Positions 49,501-56,156 are shown, counted from the stretch's first letter. The stretch: DNA of 64,000 nucleotides from Schmidtea polychroa (GCA_044892525.1 CM097888.1:12896001-12960000); one strand, 5' to 3'. Notes: generated from the letters alone by a model not told the origin. Program-made: numbers and translations.

Positions 49501-51427
49501 AATACTAGCTGCAAAAGAGAATAGAGCAATAACGATCATGAGAATCCTTGGGGAGATGGGCGAGGAAACCAACACGAAAAATGAACAAGGTGAAACCGCC
49601 ATGATGTATGCAGCTATAACGAAAATACACCCAAAAACACTCCACATCCTACATCAATCAGGATCGAAACTAGACGAAAGGTCCAATGAAGGAAATTCCA
49701 CCTTGGACTGGGCAACCATACAGCCAAACTTAGAAATGATCAGATTTATTTGCAAAAATGCGACAAAGGAAGAAGTTGAAAATATGTGCAAAGACACATC
49801 TCAGTTTCAATGGAATACGATACGGAAAAATCTAGAAGCAATGAAATTATTATTAACATGGAGGGTACCACAAAATAATAAATATGCGATAAATGTAAAC
49901 GAATTCTACGAAAACGGAGAAAATGCGATAGTAAAGAATACCCTAACTAAGGGGGGGACGCCTAAAATTATTTTAATAGTATTAAATAGAGAAGACCTAA
50001 AATTCACGCAAAATCAGAACGAGCAACAACGAATTGGGAAACATCGTCGTATGCAATTGAGAGAGTTAGTTAAAGAATGGAATAGAAAGAGACATGCTGC
50101 AACGGGTAGAAAAGAGTTTGAATTCGAAGCAAAATTAGCAAGAAACAGAGTGCTAACAGCATATCGCAGATTATTGAACGATATAAATGTCGAGGACGAC
50201 ATTTTAAACGACAGCGGGGGAGATAAAAACGATGACAATGACGGAAAAGGCCGAAAGGAGGATAAAGGGAAAAGAGAACCGGAAGAGGATAAACCGGAAA
50301 ACAAGGATTTGGATACGAAAAGAGAGGGAAACAGGCCGGGAACCAAGACCAAAGAGGAGGAAAAACCGAATAATGGAAAACAGAGGGTATGCCTACCTTT
50401 CACTAACAAAGAAATAGAGACAAATATGATATTAATGATAATTATGCTTACCATGATAGAGTTAGTAACAGCTCATGGAGGGACGAGAACGATAAAAGAA
50501 ACCAAAGAAGCGGAGAATCAAGATAGCAAAGAGGATGAACTAAAACAAGAAAAGAAAAAGCAAGCACAAGAGCAGCAGTGGGATTTGAAGGAAGAATGGG
50601 ACTTAAAGGAAAGGTGCATACTAGGAAGATGCATGTCTAGAGCGTATCAGAAACTAGTACTGATAAATGAGGACACAGAACCAATAACAGAAGTAAGAAT
50701 ACAAGAAGCATACCGAAATCGAGACGGGAAGAGAATAACGAACGTTAAAGGAAAAGAGGTACACCTAGGAAAAGGTGGTGAAGTAGTAATAACGCAGCTC
50801 CAACCTAGAAAAGAGCACAAAGTCTGTATTTCAAGATTAGGACCAGGTGAGAGATGCCATCAATATGTGACGCAGCAGCAGCCGCCGAAAGAATACACGG
50901 TTTGTATCTGGAGGAACGAATCAAAAAGAGAATGCCGACGATACCCGGGGAAAAGAGGAAAGAAAAGAAAAAACCACGACGAAAAGAACGAAGGAGGAAA
51001 GCACAAGAAAACCGGTGAGGAAGCTCAGGACAACTATGTTTCGGAGGAAGAGATGGAAAAAATACAAAAGATGGCAAAGGAGGGTATGAACGAGGAAATA
51101 GCAAGAATACGGGAAATGATGAAAGGAAATGGCAAAAGAGGAAACGAGCAAGGTACAGAAGCGATATCAACATTAACGAACAAGGAGAAACCAGAGAATA
51201 TAAGCGTGAAGCAGATGATGTGGATCAGTGGGATAATAATAACAGGGGCCTTCCTAATCATAACAGGGGGAACAATAAAAATAATTAAAGATAAACGACA
51301 TCGCGGAGAACTAGAGATGACCCGAATCAGAAATTTCCAACATCGAGTGAAACGACCAAGTGATATCAAACAAGAACAGTGGGTGGAGGCCTGGAACGCT
51401 CAGCGCCCTCCAAACTCACGTATATAG
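37574..51427 (+). CDS. 4617-aa Gag-UBL-Bcl2-like-Env-PR-RT-RH-IN-ankyrin polyprotein
   Basis: Single stop-free ORF. Capsid-like N-terminus, three CCHC knuckles (38327-38479), DTG (44804), LDLKSGYWQI/MPFGLTNAP/YIDD (46022), TDAS RNase H (46469), HHCC and D-D-E integrase, GPY motif. Confidence 0.97.
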   Translation: MTNVVKTDEYKEKFRGEPFNGNANKLATFITNFEVYITVCGWTPEAISKRMPLFLCDSALEVYLEAKERDTKLEKWEDIKTFLKKTFGASKPINQALGELANRKQRANESITLYASELRRLAKKAMNGKLPEENLIGYFIEGLRREEVRASVGCQMCKTLEEAIDWATRCELHLPAQMNIMQEEGRIMTAIAKADNGDNNNQEPKMNQFIPGAHQIFKPPQGRSNGNNGNRNNPNNENNFNNRRNMNDNKQCRTCGKPGHWDRDCYRNSNCNRCGRRGHTENVCQLRGCFNCGQPGHISRDCRERGQQQRPPQRNNNYMANPQRQSNPSEGKQMNVMQEISQMKQMMQQMMRPRPESAPQQTQNIRMMRSTENLNNYEVHQHVQEWQRLQAEEERIKQERNQQRQEQPLRINMMKLVKDMKSQYCYNYGKNPRVVPMTEPEKVTETTTEMKTENSTTILKGNQRIQKIFWKKIKDKIEKEHNKAKAETEDENNKSKEQTSQLNHQMLQELESEETTIFERKKLKRVPRMRNLQINMMKRTKDVASSDEEEDYVSSLGGEILQLNEISEPPKGEIKEEESESEITSGSEDEDIEIKLRKAREEAIKQVAEILPAVVRNQEFIDVISFRRFVQKVMKLERNEKDLIPNEEKSIIKKYMEKMKQADTTRYVIKIGTSRGLERMWIKNTVTDELFDWIREHLGNSRKKEYLYQYQGEQIKPDMHLVDALIWPGETQILKLHKEKQPANLYDWAKDAKAEYDFNIKLKLEQIKQCTLRRNLDKLIKQIQEQVEDNWELLITRRAPAMYELMSRLRDTEMLRMSDWRTINLIHKYGRLKETQPQRLEITIWLPNEEKRRIKMSNRSTVDDLVSKINQEITEKVRSESSDGMVDDVVLMYDKIILRAEDDTSLSELGMWDNHQIIRIVPMDEFRTRDVIYQKEIRDRMKTLYQKSTEIIEIHQQWLKEKELQGKITKLSTRSCRRTPWERVWNAENKEWEIRKGIFVETDIGETESESEEEEEEPPEYEEEARGQTSDDESETDVTSESENEARHIHAMRKKEREYADMDGEEATEAREREETERYKQLGDILAMGAKNQKRQVVALANIILKTSENIHNLRGMAKAIEEYRQYNEWYPEQLEQIIRKWRNQEWAQDTQERYHIRIKYPDKSIEELEVHPTTKIRELKKKLAYETPFHLQLFGKSLDDNADVGITPMRLEETNVLTMAETLGKPLKRKSKITKLTKGSLSTPSSNKAPSKSNETEEVEEIILEDSDDEPGERSPLLVRWPTGAEMWTNNQPSTSYQQPTKLNIKEIIDNTTETETDEQFQKQREPTKVTPEGQTDKIIDEWNEWLRNNDSSLPRTDNERNPNYENTREAGTMMEKRAKGRPKKQGEKSEFKTKEQLKQEQGQVRLEKLDKIVWDLKEAQPTIERGEKWIRELIKDMLIITNPQLRRLWQRKVASTEARQLWHIVSGIIPKLIKEKTKTTKTDWDETKRVIELLTTNANDDEHHLVVITYLMYNLMGLAARKIPNKQFANHVEMTVSIIENTIEPHIIRAGGWKRLIQAPRKNEQERSMQVRLKKLLNELEWELPMKDPASRKASINSLMMTMMIWMLCTSGATGFTIYDCDNMIMRDKYSLRDIEECRQASPNKLDIVRTKVTYHVYQESDFIRTQARECVVSKKVLAYYCGQYSYSTLILPGLDKEIVSIQREDCKELFRTGALKMHNGVTIHGQTGMIKTESVYVSGKVKSSDGSCNGGTYTIRGEVISGVVVIESYTVELKEYEAQFDANNYQMKTNLACRATENVCRTGVSTIIYEANNQKCRLQLLKSALFNEVKGEIYENENDEDGNDRVRMRNGKPMPPSPREKRLSTQKTPTALITDDPDLGMRFIKEKETTKCDSIVYKTNYAGIYMSRQIIDRAVGKIATEDVKLYLYANNKMDFLFHRGQTTLQKVYYDLIQNDCSLNKEILKTKLAIAITHPDNTMPSLPLPDGHFGRMVGEVMYTYQCTKTYARMPEKSILPEKRCANELEIRYKGQNRFVQPVTRIMNPVGFYPNLFNCSNAYGPLYERPNGKWMMLPGKTISEEPKKFGLIELATELDFKPIDVSNGGMYSPEDLETARLNVLFPARRESILSNMVTITGGTNYQSGPNYELLLSPDHFQQATSNMMKAMWGRFLVFGQMMAGILGIILIIQIVRVILTQMLACFDIYKREKKVNWKMIVGFLPFLAKTMVLHGHSKDIHRIKRLIKILTKIKGTDEEVGRRFRKVMYDEATRRQLKKNKPKFLDRFRSQSSNSDSDDDDNGNDKCLYPTRNPNEKPMETAPYWEKEKTNTWIANGSYIPPDIVGPQAALTMTQNMYPQLPSQPGMHYMPTRRTKSVDQADDVRTIAAMSLPGGPAVTVMIQINGKETNAMIDTGANVSAIAINQIPSKHWKDMESTTIHIIACSKETVDVVGRWWTTLRYQDNEIETYLAVIPKLSVPCIIGTDLMPELLKEVVIDLTTMCLKDKTGRICKMNAVIRCPEKIIVPAKSQMICQIKVDTGMEGEVIFEPSKSFEKRRELPLAREIITINQEGVIPLNITNFEEEDKIIYENEKLGRLTPMMDIELPKMTNEMSKDDELWTIDSMLLTNDEKKKLHRLLVEYKDIFAISDLDLGTCDVTLHAIPLIDETPIALRPYKLAEMQKEIAEAEVQKMLDAKVIEPSCSPWQFPVVMVKKKDGTQRFCIDYRKLNAVTKRDIYPLPDINEMLLMLQGAAYFTSLDLKSGYWQIKVKDEDKEKTAFTLGRDLYQFRKMPFGLTNAPASFQRCMNFVTHGIKQCMVYIDDLLIYSATFEQHLEDIRNVFIRLRQWKLKLKPSKCDWAKEKVTFLGHIVSAKGKEPDPRNIEKIKTCPAPKTVTQVQEFLGLCGYYRKFIKNYAGIAKPIQELVKKDISFIWEKEQQQAFETLRDKLIEAPILVHPDFKKPFLLATDASGYAAGAILGQLDDEGKERVIGYYSRTFKKHEKNYSVTEREALAIIQAIKHFRYLLWGHEICITTDHQPLVWLGQHKEASSRLMRWAMQLKEYSPFIKFKAGRANANADCMSRFIFPDLVDSEMQRICLIVAEDLDFCQLRKDQQEDAELKQIIDYVKTGKTDVYAKDQKLKEHMDKHRHRYIIEKDWLLIMDGEKRLMCIPENRRKELLTQYHDGRLGGHMSSKKTLARMKQKYFWPTLTEDVTEWVKNCLTCATRKNTGSKWKAPLTPMPVPIEPMTMISMDVVGPLPESDKGNVYILVITDFLTKFPEAFAMPDQKAKTIAKILVEEICCRYGTPKQILTDQGTNFMSEIMSEVTNYFKIAKLRTSPYHPQTNGMTERFNGTLIQMLSNYVDRHQRDWDEYINLCLMAYRMSIHASTKMSPFKLMYGRECNMPMDLEYQPPISQYMEIDDYVTKFKERMQEIWETAGLNIKFYQESYKDLHDRKKNVKQHTFQTGDWVMIETPELIPGTTKKLQRNGKGPYEILFVGETNVRVKLVNNPFTRPIYVNVARCKSIPKTATSQPEGRTLTTRSQTYRMNMMQQLAEPITGRLGIQPSEAEKIVKEVKIKIPGWAKDRLDFEILGGLLTMIENYANRERTHPLLRVVKSQWPILFTITDHYGDTPLHKLMKVGNNEQILETIEAFHDCKRSTEQTNNQGYTPLMIAANRGKTKDIITALLDTGSKITTQDHERKNALHHAIEGRSTEAFTSLMELLSYEDNREVGNMYDGLLTAIKEKLTTITGILITWRNPIQNDYMINVNEAFTRGENTLMREAMKGHHLFEIPNQLLERGIKFTNHKDEQLTKKRIDTFEKSLFQFTNQVRNKYWETVSVLYMMDTMNNIRENYLDIIQILTAEERINNPNGKKTKIRYEKSRESKSTTNQTVTNNVIETKSMSIDQEAIIRKAKEVFFEEMLELPDEIILSKIIKAVHTYARDQTTGLDIGKIKTFLPRAFTMVTKDSRTPLQQAILAAKENRAITIMRILGEMGEETNTKNEQGETAMMYAAITKIHPKTLHILHQSGSKLDERSNEGNSTLDWATIQPNLEMIRFICKNATKEEVENMCKDTSQFQWNTIRKNLEAMKLLLTWRVPQNNKYAINVNEFYENGENAIVKNTLTKGGTPKIILIVLNREDLKFTQNQNEQQRIGKHRRMQLRELVKEWNRKRHAATGRKEFEFEAKLARNRVLTAYRRLLNDINVEDDILNDSGGDKNDDNDGKGRKEDKGKREPEEDKPENKDLDTKREGNRPGTKTKEEEKPNNGKQRVCLPFTNKEIETNMILMIIMLTMIELVTAHGGTRTIKETKEAENQDSKEDELKQEKKKQAQEQQWDLKEEWDLKERCILGRCMSRAYQKLVLINEDTEPITEVRIQEAYRNRDGKRITNVKGKEVHLGKGGEVVITQLQPRKEHKVCISRLGPGERCHQYVTQQQPPKEYTVCIWRNESKRECRRYPGKRGKKRKNHDEKNEGGKHKKTGEEAQDNYVSEEEMEKIQKMAKEGMNEEIARIREMMKGNGKRGNEQGTEAISTLTNKEKPENISVKQMMWISGIIITGAFLIITGGTIKIIKDKRHRGELEMTRIRNFQHRVKRPSDIKQEQWVEAWNAQRPPNSRI
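39566..41239 (+). other. Three ubiquitin/SUMO-like domains in the polyprotein (about 39566-39784, 40088-40339, 41033-41239)
   Basis: The third reads HIRIKYPDKSIEELEVHPTTKIRELKKKL...LQLFGKSLDD (ubiquitin LEV.P..TI..K.K..L.F.GK.L.D). The first has YQYQGEQI (SUMO F.F.G..I). The second has TVDDL..KI..LMY...L..D.SLSELG. Confidence 0.6.
41858..42257 (+). other. Bcl-2-like domain in the polyprotein
   Basis: IEPHIIRAGGWKRL matches the Bcl-xL BH2 motif LEPWIQENGGWDTF; 53-residue gap-free register back to the BH1 position (DEHHLV for NWGRIV). Confidence 0.6.
42377..44182 (+). other. Envelope glycoprotein domain, chuvirus/class III fusogen-like, with internal signal peptide and TM anchor
   Basis: Signal MMTMMIWMLCTSGATG|FTIYDC; YSL.DIEEC, ECVV..YYCG, C.....TG, DGSC.GG.Y, CR.....C; TM WGRFLVFGQMMAGILGIILII. 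The pattern matches remembered Jingchuvirales G proteins. Confidence 0.8.
48449..49765 (+). other. Two ankyrin-repeat clusters after integrase (48449-48740, 49475-49765)
   Basis: YGDTPLH, QGYTPLMIAA, RKNALHHA; SRTPLQQA, QGETAMMYAA, EGNSTLDWA. Confidence 0.85.
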
Positions 51428-51587
51428 AAAGGAATATGACTGTATATAATTGTAAAAAGTAAGTATATCTTATGTATATAACAGTACTATATCTTTATAT
51501 AAGCGCGGTATCAATATTATACAATAACGGGAATCATAAAATAAAATTAAAGTTAAATAAGAGTTGAAAAGTGTATATAAATTAAGA

Positions 51588-51947
51588 ATGGATCAAGGAA
51601 ATAACGAAATGAACCACAATACAGTAACTGAAGAATTATGGAAGCAACAATGTGCCGTATTAGCACAATTAGTGTCCAATTTGCAAGAACAAGGATTGAC
51701 GATGCACAGAAACCTAATCGAGAGTATGAATAGAGGATTTAGTTATTTGAAGATAATTGAAGACCAGAGGTTGAAAATCGAACAAATGCAAAGAGAGATA
51801 GAGAGGATAACCCAATATAGCCGTAGACAGGAAATTGAACTAAACAGAATGATGGAGGAAGCAGAACAGACAGAAATAGAAGACTGGTCGGAATGGTTAA
51901 TGAATAGAGAGGAGAGCGGACACGAAGCCGACTCTTCCGAACCCTAA
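51588..51947 (+). CDS. 119-aa coiled-coil accessory protein
   Basis: ATG at 51588; heptad-rich, acidic tail; same strand and codon style as the element. Confidence 0.65.
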   Translation: MDQGNNEMNHNTVTEELWKQQCAVLAQLVSNLQEQGLTMHRNLIESMNRGFSYLKIIEDQRLKIEQMQREIERITQYSRRQEIELNRMMEEAEQTEIEDWSEWLMNREESGHEADSSEP

Positions 51948-52032
51948 ACCAAACCTAGCTTAAAATGTAAATAACTGTAAATAAAATATCGAACCTGTAT
52001 CGATAAGAACTATATGTACATATAATTATAGA

Positions 52033-53421
52033 ATGGATAAACGACAAAGAGAAGAGTTCAGAGAGATTGTCGAGCAAGTCCGAAAATCTACAACGATCAG
52101 AATACACAAACATGTTATGTGCGGAATCTGTGAAAAGTTACTAAAAGAACCCCACCAAACCCAATGTGGATGCAGAGTATGTAAAGAATGTATCAGTGAA
52201 GCAATAAAGAATAGACCACAGAGGTGCCCGGTGTGTAAAGAGACACTAATATCGAGTTTAGAAGACACTAACGAGGATAAAGCCGCAGTGAAAGACATGT
52301 TAAACACCAACCTGGGATGCAAAAATGCCCCATGCGAATGGAAAGGAGTAATATGGAAGGTAGTACAACATATGGGAGAATGTATGTACAGAATTGGCCA
52401 GTGTGAAAGGTGCCATAAAACCATTCGAGCAAGCGAAGAAAAAGAGCATCAAAGGCAGTGTGAAGAGAGATTGGAAAGATGTGAACACTGTGGAGAAATA
52501 GATACGTGGAAAAATCTCACCCTCAAACATCACAATGTCCAAGAGGAGAGAGTATGTGCAGAGTTCAGTGGGGAATGCCCAAACGGATGTAACCAAGGGG
52601 AAATAATGAAGGTGGCACAGCATCTAAGGGAATGCGAAAAGAAAAGAATGACATGTGTACTAGGTAGATGGGGTTGTCAGAAACTACTACACCGAGGTGA
52701 GTTACCACATCATTTAGTAGAAAATGCTTCAACCCACGCAGAAATGTGGTCGACTGCGTTACAAGAAAGCGAAGAGAAAGTAAAACAAATGGAGATAGAG
52801 ATAACATCGTTGAAAGTGTTAGTCAAAGAACTACTAGAAGAAAGGGAAGCGTTCGAAGAAGCCCGAGCAAACATAAAGATGCAAATAAACCGAATAGAAA
52901 TCAGTAATAATCAGGCCAAGGAGCTACATCAGAAAATACGGGAAATAAATCTAAATGAGATAACCCCAACAGCACCCTACATATGGAAAATAACGGGAGT
53001 AAAAGAAAGAATACGAAAAGCAAAAACCGGAGAAGAGACAAGAATAACAAGTCCTGCATTCCATTCTTGGAAAAATGGGTACAAAATGAAAATGAAGATA
53101 TATCCCAACGGGGACGGAACCGGATTAGATACGCACTTTTCGATTTTCTTTCTGTTATGTAAAGGGGAATACGACGAAATAATAGAGTGGCCGTTCCAGG
53201 CAAAAATCGATATTGCACTAATGAATGACCGAAGCATCCACGAACAAAGCTTCAAGACAACTGGAAACCAAATGTGTTACCAGAGACCTACGGCAGAAGA
53301 AGGATCAGCAACAGGAGCACCTACGTTCATCCTACAACAAAAAGTAGAAGATATGGCAAGAAATGACACGGTGTATATCAAGATGACCGTGAGGAAAGAG
53401 GAGAAGGGTAGAACGGAGTAA
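52033..53421 (+). CDS. Full-length intronless TRAF-family protein (RING, TRAF zinc fingers, coiled coil, MATH), 462 aa
   Basis: CGIC..LL.EP.QTQCGCRVC..C..CPVC; C.N..C.WKG...H..EC; YIWKI, SPAF...GYKM...YPNGDG.G..TH.S.F..L..GEYD....WPF. Confidence 0.93.
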   Translation: MDKRQREEFREIVEQVRKSTTIRIHKHVMCGICEKLLKEPHQTQCGCRVCKECISEAIKNRPQRCPVCKETLISSLEDTNEDKAAVKDMLNTNLGCKNAPCEWKGVIWKVVQHMGECMYRIGQCERCHKTIRASEEKEHQRQCEERLERCEHCGEIDTWKNLTLKHHNVQEERVCAEFSGECPNGCNQGEIMKVAQHLRECEKKRMTCVLGRWGCQKLLHRGELPHHLVENASTHAEMWSTALQESEEKVKQMEIEITSLKVLVKELLEEREAFEEARANIKMQINRIEISNNQAKELHQKIREINLNEITPTAPYIWKITGVKERIRKAKTGEETRITSPAFHSWKNGYKMKMKIYPNGDGTGLDTHFSIFFLLCKGEYDEIIEWPFQAKIDIALMNDRSIHEQSFKTTGNQMCYQRPTAEEGSATGAPTFILQQKVEDMARNDTVYIKMTVRKEEKGRTE

Positions 53422-53614
53422 CCAATCGAATAATGTTGTATATAATAATCTGTATATATCGGTGTATATAACCAATAAAATATTATATAATAATAGTATG
53501 AAAACCCTAAATACGAAAACCCAAAAATGATGCGAAAATTTCCCAAGAAACAGTAAATAATGAATAAATTCCTTTTTCATAATAAAAAGATTAATCGATG
53601 TCTATGATTTAGAG

Positions 53615-54670
53615 ATGACACAAGAGAAACTAACCGAAACTGCGATAGCCCCAACCAATGTCAACAAGACACAAATTCCCCGAGAACATAACAAAAAATG
53701 GAACAGAGTAATGTTCCAACTAACTAATCTCACCCGAAATCACATCGAAGAAGCTAGAGAAGATGAGAATAGTCAATACCAATGGTTAATACACAACTTA
53801 AGAGCGGAAGCAGAAGCATGCAAAAGAGCATCAAAATGGGCGTCACTAGAAAATACCCGCCAAGAAGCACACAGCCACTACTTAAAGCAGCTAGTGCAGG
53901 AAGCGAGAAAGAGACTTACCGATGAGAACACCAAGCGCGAAGCGGAAAAACAAATAGAAGACAGGAAAATGATGCACTTAGTGGCAGAAGCGAGAAAATG
54001 GAAAAGACAAAGCAATGAAATGAAAAAAGAGATGAAAGAATTGCCCATGAGACTCGGATATGAGAGCGAACAGGGCAAATGGGAGGAGAATTTAATAATA
54101 AAGGAAGAATTGAAACGGTTGAGAAAGGTCGCCGCCCGAAGTCAAACCTGGCAAACAAAGGCTATGGAATTTGAGCGACATTTGGCAATAAAATGCGACA
54201 TAAGAGAGCACGAGAATGCCGCAATGGAAGGGATGATAACCCAACAAGCAGGACGGATTGTGGAATTAGTAAATCAGGTCGAAGAGATGAAAAGAGACCT
54301 TAATGGATTACAAGGATCGTTAGAACAAAGAAACATGGTCCTAGCGGGAAAAAACAGAAAATTAGAAAACGAGAGGAAAATGTATACCGAAAATATCAAA
54401 AACTTGGAAATAGAAATTGAAAAATGGAAGGGCGACGAGAAAATCAAGGCCTTAGATAGACAAGTAGAGGCGAAAGACGAAGAGACAAGGTATCTCACTT
54501 ATCTGCTCGACGAAGAGCTGAATATCACTCGAGCTCTAAGAGACGAAGTTAGTGAATTGAGAGCTCAAATCCCCCAATATTACCTACCCTATGACCCTAT
54601 TGCGATACAGCTGCATCCAGCGGTCGATAGTGACGAAGGTTATGTGGGACAGGAGGAAACCTTCGTATAA
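53615..54670 (+). CDS. 351-aa coiled-coil accessory protein
   Basis: Long stop-free ORF, E/K/R-rich heptads. Confidence 0.75.
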   Translation: MTQEKLTETAIAPTNVNKTQIPREHNKKWNRVMFQLTNLTRNHIEEAREDENSQYQWLIHNLRAEAEACKRASKWASLENTRQEAHSHYLKQLVQEARKRLTDENTKREAEKQIEDRKMMHLVAEARKWKRQSNEMKKEMKELPMRLGYESEQGKWEENLIIKEELKRLRKVAARSQTWQTKAMEFERHLAIKCDIREHENAAMEGMITQQAGRIVELVNQVEEMKRDLNGLQGSLEQRNMVLAGKNRKLENERKMYTENIKNLEIEIEKWKGDEKIKALDRQVEAKDEETRYLTYLLDEELNITRALRDEVSELRAQIPQYYLPYDPIAIQLHPAVDSDEGYVGQEETFV

Positions 54671-54783
54671 GGGTGAATAAAAAGATAAAAACAAAAATCG
54701 GGACGTATATCCCAAACAAAAAAATTAAAGTATTGTAAAAGTATTCAAGGGACTGTAACCCGAACTATTAAAATTTTATATAA

Positions 54784-55545
54784 ATGCATAAGTATAAGTC
54801 GCACTATAGCGCACCATTAACTGTACATATTACAGATATGAAAATCGAGGAAATAATAGAAATTACGAGCGACGTGGAAGAGGGAGAGATTGAGGCAGAA
54901 ACAACAGAAACACAAACGTTAAAGGCCAAGTTACGGGAAGAGAGGGACGAAAACGAGAGACTAATAAACAAATATATAGAAGACCGAAAAATGATTAAAA
55001 TACTAAAGAAGGAGTGCGAAGCGTTAGGAGAAATAAAGAGAGAAGCTGAAGAGAAGAATGAATGGTTGCAAGAACAACGAACACGAGGAAGAAACTGGGA
55101 AAAGATTGCAGAGGAACTATGGCAAGAGAGGGCAAGCTTCAAGGCAGAAGAAGTAATCCAAGATTATTGGAAAACAGAGGCGAAAGAACACCAAATAACT
55201 ATAAATAAATTAAATCGACAATTGGAGGAAAAACAACGAGAAAGTGAGGAAATGAAGAAATGGATTCGCAAGTACCAAGAGATCGAGAGAAAACAACAAC
55301 AACAACAACAACGAAACCTTTCGCAGGAAAACGAACAAGATTTCCTACAAATCGAACTAAAAAGGAATCTCGACAAAAAACGGGAAGAAATTAAGAGACT
55401 GAAAAAGGAGATAAGGCACATGAAAAGGGAGGCCCGTGAAAAGAACAGACAGTTGGAAATGCTGCCCGAGTTAAGACACAGAGTCATTAAAGCGGAATCC
55501 ACCCTGATGAGAATCGCCGAAAATAACCCAAACCAGAATCATTAA
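54784..55545 (+). CDS. Coiled-coil accessory protein (likely start ATG 54838)
   Basis: Long ORF with E/K-rich heptads and poly-Q; ATG 54838 follows TTACAG. Confidence 0.72.
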   Translation: MHKYKSHYSAPLTVHITDMKIEEIIEITSDVEEGEIEAETTETQTLKAKLREERDENERLINKYIEDRKMIKILKKECEALGEIKREAEEKNEWLQEQRTRGRNWEKIAEELWQERASFKAEEVIQDYWKTEAKEHQITINKLNRQLEEKQRESEEMKKWIRKYQEIERKQQQQQQRNLSQENEQDFLQIELKRNLDKKREEIKRLKKEIRHMKREAREKNRQLEMLPELRHRVIKAESTLMRIAENNPNQNH

Positions 55546-55586
55546 ATTAAGGGTCACTAAAACCAATTGTAAATAAACCATAATGA

Positions 55587-56156
55587 ATGTATAATAGTAT
55601 CATGCGAGGCGAGATGATGATAACAATGACGGTATTGATGATTCTGACGGAGAACAAACAAGTAAACGCCCAACCGAAAATCGTGCGAGATTACCGAAAT
55701 CAAAATCAAGAACCTAAACGAGAATCCGGCCAATGCACATACCCTATGACAGTAAAAATCCATATCATCCAAACCCTTCAATCAACCCGTTCACACATCA
55801 ACAACATCCAAACAATGTGTAAAAAGAATCCCATTTGTAAAATGATAAACAAACAAATCCTCGAACAAATCCAACAATTCGACCAGTTAGAACAACAAAT
55901 GCAACAAGAGAATTTTGAAAATCTTGTAGAAAAGCCAAAAACACCTCCCGAAATCAATGACACCCATTATCTCATATATGTGGTGATCGCAGAAACCCTC
56001 CTCCTATGTCTACCAATAATCATGAAGATTTACGAAGTTAGAAATAAATGTAGAATCTCGACACCAATAAGAGTAACCTCGAACAGAAATCCTCAAGAAG
56101 TGCCGCTGACAAATCTTAACCCAACCCCATTCCGACCTCGAATCCCGAGTAACTAA
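55587..56156 (+). CDS. Small type I membrane protein candidate
   Basis: Signal-like MMITMTVLMILTENKQVNA|Q; Cys-containing ectodomain; TM YLIYVVIAETLLLCLPIIM; Pro-rich tail. Confidence 0.65.
   Translation: MYNSIMRGEMMITMTVLMILTENKQVNAQPKIVRDYRNQNQEPKRESGQCTYPMTVKIHIIQTLQSTRSHINNIQTMCKKNPICKMINKQILEQIQQFDQLEQQMQQENFENLVEKPKTPPEINDTHYLIYVVIAETLLLCLPIIMKIYEVRNKCRISTPIRVTSNRNPQEVPLTNLNPTPFRPRIPSN

Noticed and set aside
37574-51427. Classification as BEL/Pao because of three knuckles and a chuvirus-like G
   Set aside because: RT, RNase H and IN motifs (LDLKSGYWQI, MPFGLTNAPASFQR, TDAS, GPY) and the 4-bp TSD look Ty3/Gypsy; a phylogeny would be the final test.
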